Assembly: GCA_963762115.1 (NCBI GenBank)
Contig: CAVXJH010000003.1
Location: 384,001 to 448,000 of the forward strand
Length of the DNA stretch: 64,000 nucleotides
From: Candidatus Babeliales bacterium
GTDB taxonomy: Bacteria; Babelota; Babeliae; Babelales; JANWKD01
Direction: 5' to 3'
The notes under the pieces were generated by a model. The model was not told where the DNA came from. It saw nothing but the letters and a program-made list of their open reading frames with translations, and made no database searches. Position numbers and translations under genes: made by a program. Each line of letters opens with the position of its first letter. Position 1 is the first letter of the stretch. Positions 19,676 to 29,840 of this stretch are shown piece after piece.

Positions 19676-21718
19676 CTAAAATTCAAACTCAAACTCTTCA
19701 TGTTCTGGCGTAAAAAATTCTTTTTTAATAAACTGTTTTATATCTTCTTCATTTGCCATGACATTAAACTGTGCCATACCACTCAATTGCAAAAAATCTT
19801 TTTCAGAATAATTAAAGTTAAAAGTTCCACAACTACCTTTTTCCATACAAGCTACAACATCAAATGAAGTAAGATCATACGTATCAATAAGCTTTTTTAA
19901 TTCACTATTCTTTTGAGCCTGCTGCATCAATTGTTCATCTTTTATAAAATTAATATAAATGATTCGTGGCGCATTTTTATTGTTAAGATCTTTATAAAAA
20001 TGAAGCGTTTTATTTTTCCGATCATCAACACGAACATAGTTATATCGATGAAAGCGTTTTGCATCATCAAAAACTTTTGTTAATTCTTTTGCTTCTGCTG
20101 CATTACCAGATGCATCAGCAATAATTATAAGATCAACACGACGAGCAGGACGCAATAAAGAACGAACAGGAAGGTTATAATCTATACCCGCATCAACGAA
20201 GGTGATAAATTCACGATTTTTCAACCAATCAGGAATTGCATATTGAGTAATTCCCCTAAAAGGATTATTAATCTGTGCGGGTGATGCACGCAACGTTCCT
20301 AGCGATGATCCTCCCATTACTCCTACAATTTCAGTTGTAGCAATATACTTCACTTTCTCAAAAGAAGATTGGTTTTTTTCTTCAGCCTGTATTGCAGAAA
20401 AAAATTTGGTATCTATATCTTTTATATTAACGGCATACGCTGATCCAAAAATACCCATTAAAAATCCTAAACTTTGTTCTGGAGCAACTTCTTTTGCAAT
20501 GCCTGCATTAAAAATGCTATTAAATGAATGCGCAGGAATAGAAAGATCAACTTCTAAATTACGCACTTCAACAGGATTAAACTCATACCAATTATATAAA
20601 TATGATGAATCTTCCGCCTTATGCATCGAAATTGCTGCATACAAAGGAAAGGGCTTAGAGCCATCCTGAATCATTGACCATTGATTAGATAAATGCTGTT
20701 TATGTCGATTTTCACCAAAATCAGCCAACAATGTTTTAGCGAGTAAGGCACCATATAAATCAATTGAACCAATAGGCTGATCAAATAAAAACTTAGGCCA
20801 AATAATATCATTCACCAAAGACTTTATATCACTTTTTAAAATCGATTGTACATTTTTAATATCAAACATGTTATTTCTGATTTTTTCTATCAATTTTTCT
20901 TTGAATTCACGAATGCTGCTCCCCATAGAAATCCAAGGAACAAGGCACCAAGTTGACCCTGAAAGTCCTGCAACATAGGTTGCTGCATCTAATAATCCTA
21001 AATATTCCATGCCACTCAAATAGCCGACCGTTGAAATCATCGCTCGATAACCACCGCCACTGGCAACAAAGCCAATCGTCAGAGGTCTTTCTACTTGACC
21101 ATTAAAAAATTTATTAAGTCCGCTTCTTACCAACGGCATTCTTCTTGATCGATAAAGATCCTCATAATATGATAATTTTGCATCATGTTTCACTTGTGCC
21201 TGGGAATTTGCAATAGGATTATTTTCAAGTATTTTCGCTTTAAAACTTGGAATAGCATATTTTTTCCAAATATCATTTAACTTATCCGCAACATTTGCTA
21301 ACGTAAGTTCTTTTTTAATGAGTGACATTCTATTGTCAACTGCCGTTTTCAAACGAACAAAATCTACCGGATCCATGTCTTTTTGCGCTTCTGCCAAAAT
21401 TTTATTTTCTTCTATGGCCAATTGAGCGCCCATTTCTTGCATTTTTTTTACTGCTGCAGCATTAGGGTTTTTAGCAAGCAAGGCAGATTCACTTTTTATT
21501 TTCTTTTGAATCTCTGATAATTTCAGTTTATACGTATTAAACTTCACCGGATCTTTAAAAGGAATTCCATCTACCTGTTGTATCAAACTTTCAAGAGCAA
21601 GGTTCAGCAAAAGATTATTTTCATTTACCCCTTGTGATAGCCAATTCCATGGCGTTGAATTAATGGTGATTACCGCACTAGTCATAATAACAATTGCTAA
21701 CATTAAACCTTTTTTCAT
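19676..21718 (-). CDS. Secreted cPLA2/phospholipase B-type lysophospholipase
   Basis: SGGGYRAM oxyanion loop, YVAGLSGSTW catalytic Ser, FVDAG catalytic Asp, NLP..LLRP.R.VDLII; N-terminal signal peptide. Confidence 0.9.
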   Translation of the reverse strand: MKKGLMLAIVIMTSAVITINSTPWNWLSQGVNENNLLLNLALESLIQQVDGIPFKDPVKFNTYKLKLSEIQKKIKSESALLAKNPNAAAVKKMQEMGAQLAIEENKILAEAQKDMDPVDFVRLKTAVDNRMSLIKKELTLANVADKLNDIWKKYAIPSFKAKILENNPIANSQAQVKHDAKLSYYEDLYRSRRMPLVRSGLNKFFNGQVERPLTIGFVASGGGYRAMISTVGYLSGMEYLGLLDAATYVAGLSGSTWCLVPWISMGSSIREFKEKLIEKIRNNMFDIKNVQSILKSDIKSLVNDIIWPKFLFDQPIGSIDLYGALLAKTLLADFGENRHKQHLSNQWSMIQDGSKPFPLYAAISMHKAEDSSYLYNWYEFNPVEVRNLEVDLSIPAHSFNSIFNAGIAKEVAPEQSLGFLMGIFGSAYAVNIKDIDTKFFSAIQAEEKNQSSFEKVKYIATTEIVGVMGGSSLGTLRASPAQINNPFRGITQYAIPDWLKNREFITFVDAGIDYNLPVRSLLRPARRVDLIIIADASGNAAEAKELTKVFDDAKRFHRYNYVRVDDRKNKTLHFYKDLNNKNAPRIIYINFIKDEQLMQQAQKNSELKKLIDTYDLTSFDVVACMEKGSCGTFNFNYSEKDFLQLSGMAQFNVMANEEDIKQFIKKEFFTPEHEEFEFEF

Positions 21719-21856
21719 ATCATACCCTCAAGACTATTTTGAGTAATGTTTTTTATCATAAAATATCTGCCAATAGTACACCGACAGACATCACAACAAT
21801 ACTAGCAACTTGTATTGCAATTAGTCAATAATATGAAAAGGGTCACGAGTAATTCG

Positions 21857-23365
21857 TTATTCTTTTTTCTTTAATGTTGGGAATAAAATAATGTCTTTTA
21901 TTGATGTCGCATTCGTAGTGACCATAGTAAGGCGATCAATACCGATGCCCACACCAACAGTAGGCGGCAAACCATATTCAAGAGCAAGAATATAATCAGC
22001 ATCGTAGTGATGCGCTTCTGAATCACCCGCCTTATGCGCTTTAAGCTGTTCATGAAAGCGCTCTGCTTGATCAAAGGGATCATTAAGCTCATTAAACCCA
22101 TTGGCAAGTTCCATGCCAGCCATAAAAAGCTCAAAACGAGCTGCAACCTGAGGATTATTTGTATCACGCTTTGAAAGAGGAGAAATTTCAATTGGATAGC
22201 CTATAATGAAAGTAGGCTGAATAAGTTTTGATTCAACAAGTTCTTCAAAAAGAGCAAACATTTGCTGCCCAACAGAAGCTTGTTTATTTTCCAATACAAT
22301 GCCATGTTTTTGCAAAAGGACCGGTACATTTTGATCGGTTAAATCATGTTCTGTGTATCCACAAAATTCCATAACTGCTTCTTTTATGGTTAATTTTTTA
22401 AATGGTTGTGCAAAATCAATTACCTGTTCGCCAAAGGGAACCTGCAACGATCCGATACTTGCCAAAACTATCTTTTTTAACATTGATTCCACAAAATCCA
22501 TGATAAAAATATAATCGTGATACGCCGTATAAAATTCTAACATAGTGAATTCAGGATTGTGACGTGTTGAAATGCCTTCATTTCTAAAGTTGCGATTAAT
22601 TTCATACACACGCTCTATACCGCCAATAACCAATCGTTTCAGATATAATTCTGGTGCAATACGCATATAAAGATCTTGGTTGAGCGCATTATGATGAGTA
22701 ACAAAAGGACGAGCCGCTGCCCCACCAGGAATTGGATGTAACATGGGTGTTTCAACTTCCATATACCCATGTTCATTAAGATATTCGCGCATTGATTGCA
22801 CAATTTTACTACGCTTAATAAATTTAGCCCGACTTTCTTCATTGGTAATTAAATCTAAATACCGTTGCCTATATTTTGTCTCAATATCAGTTAACCCATG
22901 AAATTTCTCTGGCAATGGATAAAGACATTTACTCAACAATTCAAAATCATCAACATGCAATGAAATTTCACCCATTTTAGTTTTGAATGAATATCCTTTA
23001 AACCAAACAATGTCGCCAAGATCAATAAACTGTTCAAGAAATTTAAATTTTTCTTCTCCAACAATATCCTTGCGAATATACACTTGCAAACGCCCGCTAC
23101 TATCTTGAATATGCGCAAAAGCAGTTTTGCCATGTGCACGAATAGTCATCATGCGCCCTGCAACGGTATAGTTTTTTTGCTGTGATTCATCAAATTCTGC
23201 GATAACATCCGCACAACAATCGGTAACCTCTTTTGGCTCAGGCCAAGGATTGATATCCTGTTGCATCATAGCTATTACTTTTTCAATGCGAATCTTATGT
23301 TCTTGTGAATCATGGGCATCATCAACTAAAGCAAGCAATTCTTGTAGGGTAGGATTTTTTTTCAT
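21857..23365 (-). CDS. lysS: Lysine--tRNA ligase (class II)
   Basis: OB-fold, RQRYLDL, LRIAPELYLKRL-like motif, FRNEG...HNPEF, YGLPPT.G.GIGIDRL. Confidence 0.98.
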   Translation of the reverse strand: MKKNPTLQELLALVDDAHDSQEHKIRIEKVIAMMQQDINPWPEPKEVTDCCADVIAEFDESQQKNYTVAGRMMTIRAHGKTAFAHIQDSSGRLQVYIRKDIVGEEKFKFLEQFIDLGDIVWFKGYSFKTKMGEISLHVDDFELLSKCLYPLPEKFHGLTDIETKYRQRYLDLITNEESRAKFIKRSKIVQSMREYLNEHGYMEVETPMLHPIPGGAAARPFVTHHNALNQDLYMRIAPELYLKRLVIGGIERVYEINRNFRNEGISTRHNPEFTMLEFYTAYHDYIFIMDFVESMLKKIVLASIGSLQVPFGEQVIDFAQPFKKLTIKEAVMEFCGYTEHDLTDQNVPVLLQKHGIVLENKQASVGQQMFALFEELVESKLIQPTFIIGYPIEISPLSKRDTNNPQVAARFELFMAGMELANGFNELNDPFDQAERFHEQLKAHKAGDSEAHHYDADYILALEYGLPPTVGVGIGIDRLTMVTTNATSIKDIILFPTLKKKE

Positions 23366-23536
23366 GGCATAACTTTTTTATATTTTAAGATCAAAATTAA
23401 CGTTTTAAGTATCTCTTTTTTATCTAATTTTGACAAGAATGCTCTTTTCATAGTTTAACAATAAACACTTTACAAAATTTTATTGCATACGTTACTTTGT
23501 AAGTATCTATTTTTATATCACTTTATTTTTTTGTAA

Positions 23537-24382
23537 ATGAACCATATGACAAAAATTCATTATCTTTTTTTATTTTTTTTATTTATCACTCAACAATGCT
23601 GCTTAAGCGAAATTATTAATAAACCAGATAATCACGTAAAATTCACCCCAAAAAATACTGTCTTTATGTTTGATGTAGACGGCGTTTTAGTTGAACGAGG
23701 TTTCTGGCAAAATTGGCATGATTATTGGAACATCTTGCAAGAATGCAACACCTTCGATCTCATAAAATTTTTTAGTTGGCACCTCTTACACCTGCCAACA
23801 TTACTTACCGTTGTTAATCAAGAAGATATTGAAAAATATCTTGATCAACAAGCAAAAGACTGGCCGTTTCTTCTGAAAAAAACACCAACAGGCACCATTC
23901 TTGAGCGCATAAAAGCAACAATAAGTAAAGGAAAGCCAAAACAAGAAATAATTAATATTCTTCTTGATTTGCACAGCCAAGGATTTCCGATTACTATCGC
24001 CACTAATCAAACGCGAAGCACTTTTGATCGCCTTGTTAAGAGCGATGTTGTACCAGATTTTTCAACGTATACCATGATTTTCACGGCAGATCATTGTCCC
24101 TGTGTGCCCTATATAAAAAAGCCACAAAAAGAATATTATCAATGCTTTAAAAATAAGCTGTCGCAACAAGAATTAGAACCTGAGCATTATATTTTTATCG
24201 ATGATACCTATGCAAATGTGGTTGCAGCAGCAAAAGAGGGAATTTTGAGTATTTATTTTGATACTAGATTACACCATGCTGCTCAACAGCTTATGTGTGA
24301 TTTAGCAACATTGGGAATTAATGTTACTGAAAATAATGTAAAAGAAAAAGGCAGAGAAAAAATCTCCGCCTTTGTTAATTAA
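23537..24382 (+). CDS. HAD-superfamily hydrolase with N-terminal signal-like segment
   Basis: FDVDGVL motif I, ATN motif II, KKP motif III, FIDD motif IV. Confidence 0.85.
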   Translation: MNHMTKIHYLFLFFLFITQQCCLSEIINKPDNHVKFTPKNTVFMFDVDGVLVERGFWQNWHDYWNILQECNTFDLIKFFSWHLLHLPTLLTVVNQEDIEKYLDQQAKDWPFLLKKTPTGTILERIKATISKGKPKQEIINILLDLHSQGFPITIATNQTRSTFDRLVKSDVVPDFSTYTMIFTADHCPCVPYIKKPQKEYYQCFKNKLSQQELEPEHYIFIDDTYANVVAAAKEGILSIYFDTRLHHAAQQLMCDLATLGINVTENNVKEKGREKISAFVN

Positions 24383-24394
24383 AGCTTTAAGCTA

Positions 24395-25120
24395 TTATGC
24401 TTTTAAACAAAAATTGCTCTGCGGCTCATAGTCTTCAAACATCTCTTGTATTCTTTTTGCATTTTTACATAAAGTACCGTGGCGTTTTCTTGCTCTTGCT
24501 TTTACTTTTTCACTTGCTGTTTCATATTCATAAATAGCAAGATAACCCGTTTGATCACAATGACAAAGCTGAACAGCACAAAGTGCATTTTCTTGAGCTA
24601 AACTAAATCGTTCGCCCTCTTCAATAACAAAAGGATTTCCACCTCTTTTGAGCATTGCCTCTAAAAGTGCCAATTTACCTTCTTGACCATCAATACGAGC
24701 CGCATGAGTAGCCAATCGCAACAAAGAAATGCGCGGACTATCAGCACCAGCAAAATCTCTTATTTTTGTCATAGGAGTAACATTGTACGTATAAAAAAAA
24801 TTATCTACTTCTTGAGAAACTTTATCAGCGTCATGAATTAGTTCAATAAAAGTTAATATGCCAAAAAATTCATCTCTAATCCGGTCCTCTTGAACTTGTT
24901 GATCAATTTCTGGTATTTCTGATTCAATGTTTTCTTGCAATGCCGGCGTGATATTTTCTTCTTGATTCTCTGAATTAATTTCATCCTGAATCTGTACCTC
25001 TTGCTGTTGAATAGCCACTTTTTGGTCACTATTTTCTTCCTGAAGAGATAACAATACAAAACTATAATTCATCGCAACAAAAATAAAAAAAACAATTACC
25101 CGTATTTTTTTTAAATTCAT
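24395..25120 (-). CDS. Hypothetical secreted protein, possible degenerate ankyrin-like helix pair
   Basis: Signal peptide, Q/E-rich linker, LLRLATHA...LLEAMLKRGGNP. Confidence 0.65.
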   Translation of the reverse strand: MNLKKIRVIVFFIFVAMNYSFVLLSLQEENSDQKVAIQQQEVQIQDEINSENQEENITPALQENIESEIPEIDQQVQEDRIRDEFFGILTFIELIHDADKVSQEVDNFFYTYNVTPMTKIRDFAGADSPRISLLRLATHAARIDGQEGKLALLEAMLKRGGNPFVIEEGERFSLAQENALCAVQLCHCDQTGYLAIYEYETASEKVKARARKRHGTLCKNAKRIQEMFEDYEPQSNFCLKA

Positions 25121-25144
25121 GAGTACTAAAACCCTTTTTTATAT

Positions 25145-25753
25145 TTATAGTATTGTACGATAATTTTCTTCAACTTGATCCCAATTGACCACATGCCACC
25201 ATGCACCAATATAGTCAACACGACGATTTTGATAATGCAAATAATACGCATGTTCCCAAACATCAAGTCCTAAAATGGGCGTTAACCCATTTGAAAAGGG
25301 CGTATCTTGATTTGCCGTAGAAGTAACAAGCAAATCACCTTTGTTATCAATACAAAGCCACGCCCAACCACTACCAAAACGCGTTTTAGCAGCAGCATTA
25401 AATTCTTCTTTAAATGGCTCAAAAGAACCAAATTTTTTATGAATTGCTTCTGCAACTTTGCCTTTTGGCTCACCACCACCATTTTTTTTCATCATTTTCC
25501 AAAACATGGCGTGATTCAATTCACCGCCACCATTATTACGAATGGCAGTATAGGCACCTTCAGGTAATGCATTGAGATTACTCAAAAGTTCAACTAATGG
25601 TTTATCTTTTAATTCCGGATAATCTACTAAAATTTTATTAAGGCCATCAATATATGCTTGTTGATGTTTGTCATGATGAATTTCCATAGTGCGCGTATCA
25701 AGGTATGGTTCCAAAGCATCATAAGAATAGGGTAAGGCAGATAGTTTATACAT
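25145..25753 (-). CDS. sodA: Superoxide dismutase, Mn-type signature
   Basis: HHDKH, NNGGG..NH, FGSGWAWL, NQD, DVWEHAYY. Confidence 0.93.
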   Translation of the reverse strand: MYKLSALPYSYDALEPYLDTRTMEIHHDKHQQAYIDGLNKILVDYPELKDKPLVELLSNLNALPEGAYTAIRNNGGGELNHAMFWKMMKKNGGGEPKGKVAEAIHKKFGSFEPFKEEFNAAAKTRFGSGWAWLCIDNKGDLLVTSTANQDTPFSNGLTPILGLDVWEHAYYLHYQNRRVDYIGAWWHVVNWDQVEENYRTIL

Positions 25754-25768
25754 AGATTATATCTTTCA

Positions 25769-26053
25769 TTATGAATTATAATAAATCACTTCATCTTTAC
25801 GAGCCATATGCAATTTTTCTCGTGCATATTGCTCACAATAAAAAGTAGGATGAGTATGCCACATTTTTTGTTCGTCTTGCAAATTTTCAATTTCTTTTTC
25901 AAGAATTGCAATTTCTTGCTGCAAACAACCATTTTCTCGAGATATTTTTAAATAAGAACAAAAACCATGGGAACCAAAAAGATATAAACTGCTCACCACA
26001 ACAATTTCACTCATAAAAAACAAACGCAATATTTTTTGCTTCGTATTCATCAT
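25769..26053 (-). CDS. ftsB: Septum formation initiator (FtsB/DivIC family)
   Basis: Start at MMNTKQK (26053) after a gaggag SD; TM, G..G, coiled coil, EQYAREKLHMARKDEVIY. Confidence 0.75.
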   Translation of the reverse strand: MMNTKQKILRLFFMSEIVVVSSLYLFGSHGFCSYLKISRENGCLQQEIAILEKEIENLQDEQKMWHTHPTFYCEQYAREKLHMARKDEVIYYNS

Positions 26054-26069
26054 AACACTCCTCTTTTTT

Positions 26070-26996
26070 TTATGGTTCAGAATAAGTATGTTGCATACTG
26101 TCCCTATGCCGGACAACATATTGCACATTCTCCAATGGTATTTTTGATAACGCTTCAACAAATGCCACCGAACGATGTCGTCCTCCCGTACATCCAATGG
26201 CAATATTCATAAAAAAACGACCTTCTTCCGATGCTTTTTTTATGGAAAAATGCACAAAATCAACAAGTTTGGGCCAATATTCTTGCACATCAGTTTGTGC
26301 AAATAAAAAATCATGCACCTCTTGAGTTGTACCATCAAGCGGACGTAATGAAGCAATAAAATAGGGATTGGGCAAAAAACGGATGTCATACACTGAATTG
26401 CTCTCATGTGGCACGCCGTATTTAAAACCAAATGAAATCAGATTAACAATAAGTTGTGGTTGTGTTGAAGCCGCAAACGAGTTGCGAACAAAACGACGTA
26501 ATTGATGGATAGTGAGCTGATCAGTTGCTAAAACTAAATCCGATAAATCCATGAGTGGTTTAAGCAAATGTTGCTCATAAGCAATTGCTTCCGAAAGACT
26601 GCGTGTATGACCAAGCGGATGATTTCTACGTGTTTCCTGAAAACGTTTAATCAAAACTTCAGGATTTGACGTTAAAAAAAATATTTTCATAGGATAATTA
26701 CGTAATGCATTTCCCTTATTAAGTTCATCAATCAAATCTTGCATGTTTTGCCCACTTCTTACATCAATCCCCAAAGCAACTTTTTGTCCAATCATTGTTG
26801 ACTGAGAAGCTAATTGAAAAAATGAATTAAGAAGAGGAATTGGCAAATTATCAACACAAAAAAAACCAATATCTTCCAAAGCGCGCAGCACGGTACTTTT
26901 ACCAGCACCAGAATAGCCGGTCACCATGAGCAATTGCGGTTGATTATCAGGTGTTATAGGAATTCCAGGTATTTCTTTTTGGTGTTCTATCATCAT
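26070..26996 (-). CDS. rapZ: RNase adapter RapZ / YvcJ-family P-loop protein
   Basis: TGYSGAGKS, CVDNLP, IDVR, ETRR.HPL, SFGFKYGVP, RFLPNPY, GCTGGRHRSV. Confidence 0.95.
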   Translation of the reverse strand: MMIEHQKEIPGIPITPDNQPQLLMVTGYSGAGKSTVLRALEDIGFFCVDNLPIPLLNSFFQLASQSTMIGQKVALGIDVRSGQNMQDLIDELNKGNALRNYPMKIFFLTSNPEVLIKRFQETRRNHPLGHTRSLSEAIAYEQHLLKPLMDLSDLVLATDQLTIHQLRRFVRNSFAASTQPQLIVNLISFGFKYGVPHESNSVYDIRFLPNPYFIASLRPLDGTTQEVHDFLFAQTDVQEYWPKLVDFVHFSIKKASEEGRFFMNIAIGCTGGRHRSVAFVEALSKIPLENVQYVVRHRDSMQHTYSEP

Positions 26997-27144
26997 TGTC
27001 TTCTTAAAATCAAAAAACTTTTATCAAGTATATATCATTTTTCGCATACTCACTGCAACTATTACTATTGCGTAATTTTATATTTATGAGTATGTATGAT
27101 TATTATAACCTCGAATAAAAAGAGTGACTATCTAAAAGTCAATC

Positions 27145-28653
27145 GTGATAAAAAAAGGAAGACTCATGAATTATCAACCACTTTTTCAACACATGCTTAT
27201 GGCGAGCATGTTCTTATTTTGCACCACGATTAAACTCTCTGGCGCATCAGAAAAAATTCCTGATTTTGAATCGGAAGTATATAAATGGTCAAAAACTTAC
27301 GCAGAATCATTACATCTAATTCAACATAAATACTTTGAAAAAATAAACCCTGAACAGGGAATTATCAACGGTTTAGATGCACTTTTTCAAACATTAGACC
27401 CCCATTCAAAATTTATGGATAAAAAATTATTCAAAGAAATTTTAGAATCAACACAAGGAGAATTTTGTGGTATTGGCGTTGTTATTGACAACACCAAAAA
27501 AGATAAAGATGAAGCCTTAACCATCGTTGATACCATTCCTGCCGGACCTGCCGATAAAGCTGGATTACGTGCTGGGGATAAAATTGTTCAGATCAATGAT
27601 GAAGCGGTCAAAGATATGGCTGTTGAAGAAATTGTTGCAAAACTCAAAGGAAAACGAAACACCACCGTAACCATAAAAGCACAACGTGCTGGCAATCGAG
27701 AATTATTATCATTCACTATAACACGCGATATTGTCAAAGAACAAAACGCTCTTTGCTACCACTTTAAAGAACATGGCATGTATTATTTAGCACTTAATAT
27801 GTTCACGGAAAAATCAGCAAAACAACTTGAAAGCCTTTTAAAACAATGTCTTTCAAATAAATCAAAAGGACTCATTCTTGATTTGCGTAATAATTCAGGC
27901 GGCCTTTTGAATTCTGTTGTTGATATCTCCGGACTTTTTTTAGAAAAGAATTCAGTTGTTGTGGTGACAAAGGATCGAGATAAAAACATCATCGACACTT
28001 TTAGCACCACACGCCAACAACCAATCAACATCGGTGAAATGCCCATCTTCATTTTGACCAATAATTTTACCGCTTCGGCAGCAGAAATTCTTGCTGGGGT
28101 TTTGCAATCATATTCCAATGATTTTGCCAAAAAAGCTCATGGAAAAAATCAACAACTGCTTGTTTTTTTAGTTGGCAGCACGACGTTTGGTAAAGGATCA
28201 GTGCAAGAAGTCATCCCCGTAAGCAATGATTGCGCCATAAAGTTAACAACTGCCCTCTATTATCTTCCCCATGATATTTCTATTCAAGGAATTGGCATAA
28301 AACCTGACTTTGAAATTGAACAACGTTTTGCACCAACCCCTGACATGGAATGGTTCACTACTTTTTTTGGTTATGAACACAGTTTAAAAAATTCAATCAA
28401 ACATGAAAAAAACCAAGAACCAAAGAAAAAAATTAATGAAAAAGATAAAAAAGAAAAAACATGGCAAGAAAAAAAACAAGAACAAATTGGCTCTGATTAT
28501 ATTATTTTAAGCACCATGCGTTTAATTGAAATGTTAACTATGGCAAAAAAAGCATACCCTGAAAAAGTAAGAACGCGCCCTGAATGCATAAAATTTCTTA
28601 ATAACACATATAGCGCGCATGATAAAATACTCATGGAAGAAATCAAATGTTGA
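27145..28653 (+). CDS. ctpA: Carboxyl-terminal processing protease (S41A, PDZ)
   Basis: LDPHS, GIG PDZ, ILDLRNNSGG, TASAAEI catalytic Ser, TFGKGSVQ; true start may be 27166. Confidence 0.93.
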   Translation: MIKKGRLMNYQPLFQHMLMASMFLFCTTIKLSGASEKIPDFESEVYKWSKTYAESLHLIQHKYFEKINPEQGIINGLDALFQTLDPHSKFMDKKLFKEILESTQGEFCGIGVVIDNTKKDKDEALTIVDTIPAGPADKAGLRAGDKIVQINDEAVKDMAVEEIVAKLKGKRNTTVTIKAQRAGNRELLSFTITRDIVKEQNALCYHFKEHGMYYLALNMFTEKSAKQLESLLKQCLSNKSKGLILDLRNNSGGLLNSVVDISGLFLEKNSVVVVTKDRDKNIIDTFSTTRQQPINIGEMPIFILTNNFTASAAEILAGVLQSYSNDFAKKAHGKNQQLLVFLVGSTTFGKGSVQEVIPVSNDCAIKLTTALYYLPHDISIQGIGIKPDFEIEQRFAPTPDMEWFTTFFGYEHSLKNSIKHEKNQEPKKKINEKDKKEKTWQEKKQEQIGSDYIILSTMRLIEMLTMAKKAYPEKVRTRPECIKFLNNTYSAHDKILMEEIKC

Positions 28654-28712
28654 TTATTGTGTTTTAAAATTATTTTTTTGTATGCTTTATACTACGTGAT
28701 ACTTAAAAAAAA

Positions 28713-29561
28713 ATGAGGCCCGCAATGTTCATCTATTACTTTATATTTTTTACCTGTATTTCTTCCCCAGGATTTATTTTTTGCAGTGAAAGAGTCTCAG
28801 AAAAAAGCGAGCCGAAAGAACGAACATCGCTCATCGATGAAAAAATAGAAAAAGCAAAAAAAAGATCTTTTGAAGAAGAGCTCAAAATTAAAAAAGCCAA
28901 TGAAGATATCATTGAATATAAAAGAGAAATAAGAATTTCTCCCTCAAATGAAACCGTCACAATGTATAAAGAAAAAATTATTTTGACTGAACAAATAAAA
29001 AAAGACGCAGAAAGTGCAAAAAAATTAGAAGACAGCACAATAAAAAAGCTCAGTGACGATAAAGAAAAGCTTACTAAACTGCAAAACGAATTAGTAAATG
29101 AGGCAACCTCAACGCAATCAAAAAGTGAATCAACGGCAGCTGAAAATTTCCAACAATGCATAAAACAAAAAATTTATGAACTTTTTCATATACCCCCAAC
29201 AAAAGCACCTAAAACAACAGAGCAAATAGTTGAAGATTTTTCAAAATCACTAAAAAAATTGATCTCTTATGAACGCATATATTTTACCAGCACGGTAAAA
29301 ACAACACCCGAGGATTGGGAAACGGTACGAAATAACGCCTTAGAGGTAAAACCGGGGGAAAAAAACGTTAATACCACCTATCAAGAGCTCATAAAAAATG
29401 CCCTAAACCACCAGGCTGCCCTTGAAAAAATCACCGGCAAAAAAACTGGCCCTGAACCTCGCAATATGGGGGTCAACTGCTCTTTACCTTTTTTTGCTTC
29501 ACAATTTGCTGCTCAAAAGGCTCTTGAGCAGTTAGATGAAGCATCTAATTATGATGGGTAA
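28713..29561 (+). CDS. Hypothetical secreted coiled-coil protein
   Basis: Hydrophobic N-terminus followed by K/E-rich helices. Confidence 0.65.
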   Translation: MRPAMFIYYFIFFTCISSPGFIFCSERVSEKSEPKERTSLIDEKIEKAKKRSFEEELKIKKANEDIIEYKREIRISPSNETVTMYKEKIILTEQIKKDAESAKKLEDSTIKKLSDDKEKLTKLQNELVNEATSTQSKSESTAAENFQQCIKQKIYELFHIPPTKAPKTTEQIVEDFSKSLKKLISYERIYFTSTVKTTPEDWETVRNNALEVKPGEKNVNTTYQELIKNALNHQAALEKITGKKTGPEPRNMGVNCSLPFFASQFAAQKALEQLDEASNYDG

Positions 29562-29607
29562 CAACTCATAAAATTATATATTAGCAATTCAATAAAAATA
29601 GTGCCTT

Positions 29608-29636
29608 TTGACGGCAAAATTGAAAATGGCTATACT
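29608..29636 (+). promoter_or_regulatory. Sigma70-type promoter
   Basis: TTGACG-17 nt-TATACT. Confidence 0.6.
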
Positions 29637-29705
29637 AATACGTATAGTCATAAAAAATTATCTTTAAAAAAGCCTTAATGCTATGCCTATCGAAAGTGTC
29701 TGTGT

Positions 29706-29840
29706 ATGTGTAAAAAAAATAAATATCGTATTATCGTTTCAATTGGATCAACATTAGTATTTTTATTCATTTTTATTCTTGCCAGCACCAATCCGCCCCA
29801 TACCCCAAAATCACCAATTAAGATTCATGAATCTCAGTAA
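29706..29840 (+). CDS. Unannotated 44-aa single-TM small protein
   Basis: Translated by hand: MCKKNKYRIIVSIGSTLVFLFIFILASTNPPHTPKSPIKIHESQ; lies downstream of the consensus promoter. Confidence 0.5.
   Translation: MCKKNKYRIIVSIGSTLVFLFIFILASTNPPHTPKSPIKIHESQ

Noticed and set aside
24395..24409. C-terminal CLKA as a third CaaX box
   Set aside because: Lys at the a2 position is unfavourable; too weak to claim.
26054..26203. N-terminal extension of the FtsB-like ORF
   Set aside because: It overlaps rapZ; a good SD precedes the Met at 26053, so the extension is an ORF-calling artefact.
28736..29161. 141-aa antisense ORF and the many other 60-135-aa overlapping ORFs in the track
   Set aside because: They are shadows of longer genes on the opposite strand or frame, with low-complexity F/S/L composition and no SD or motifs.
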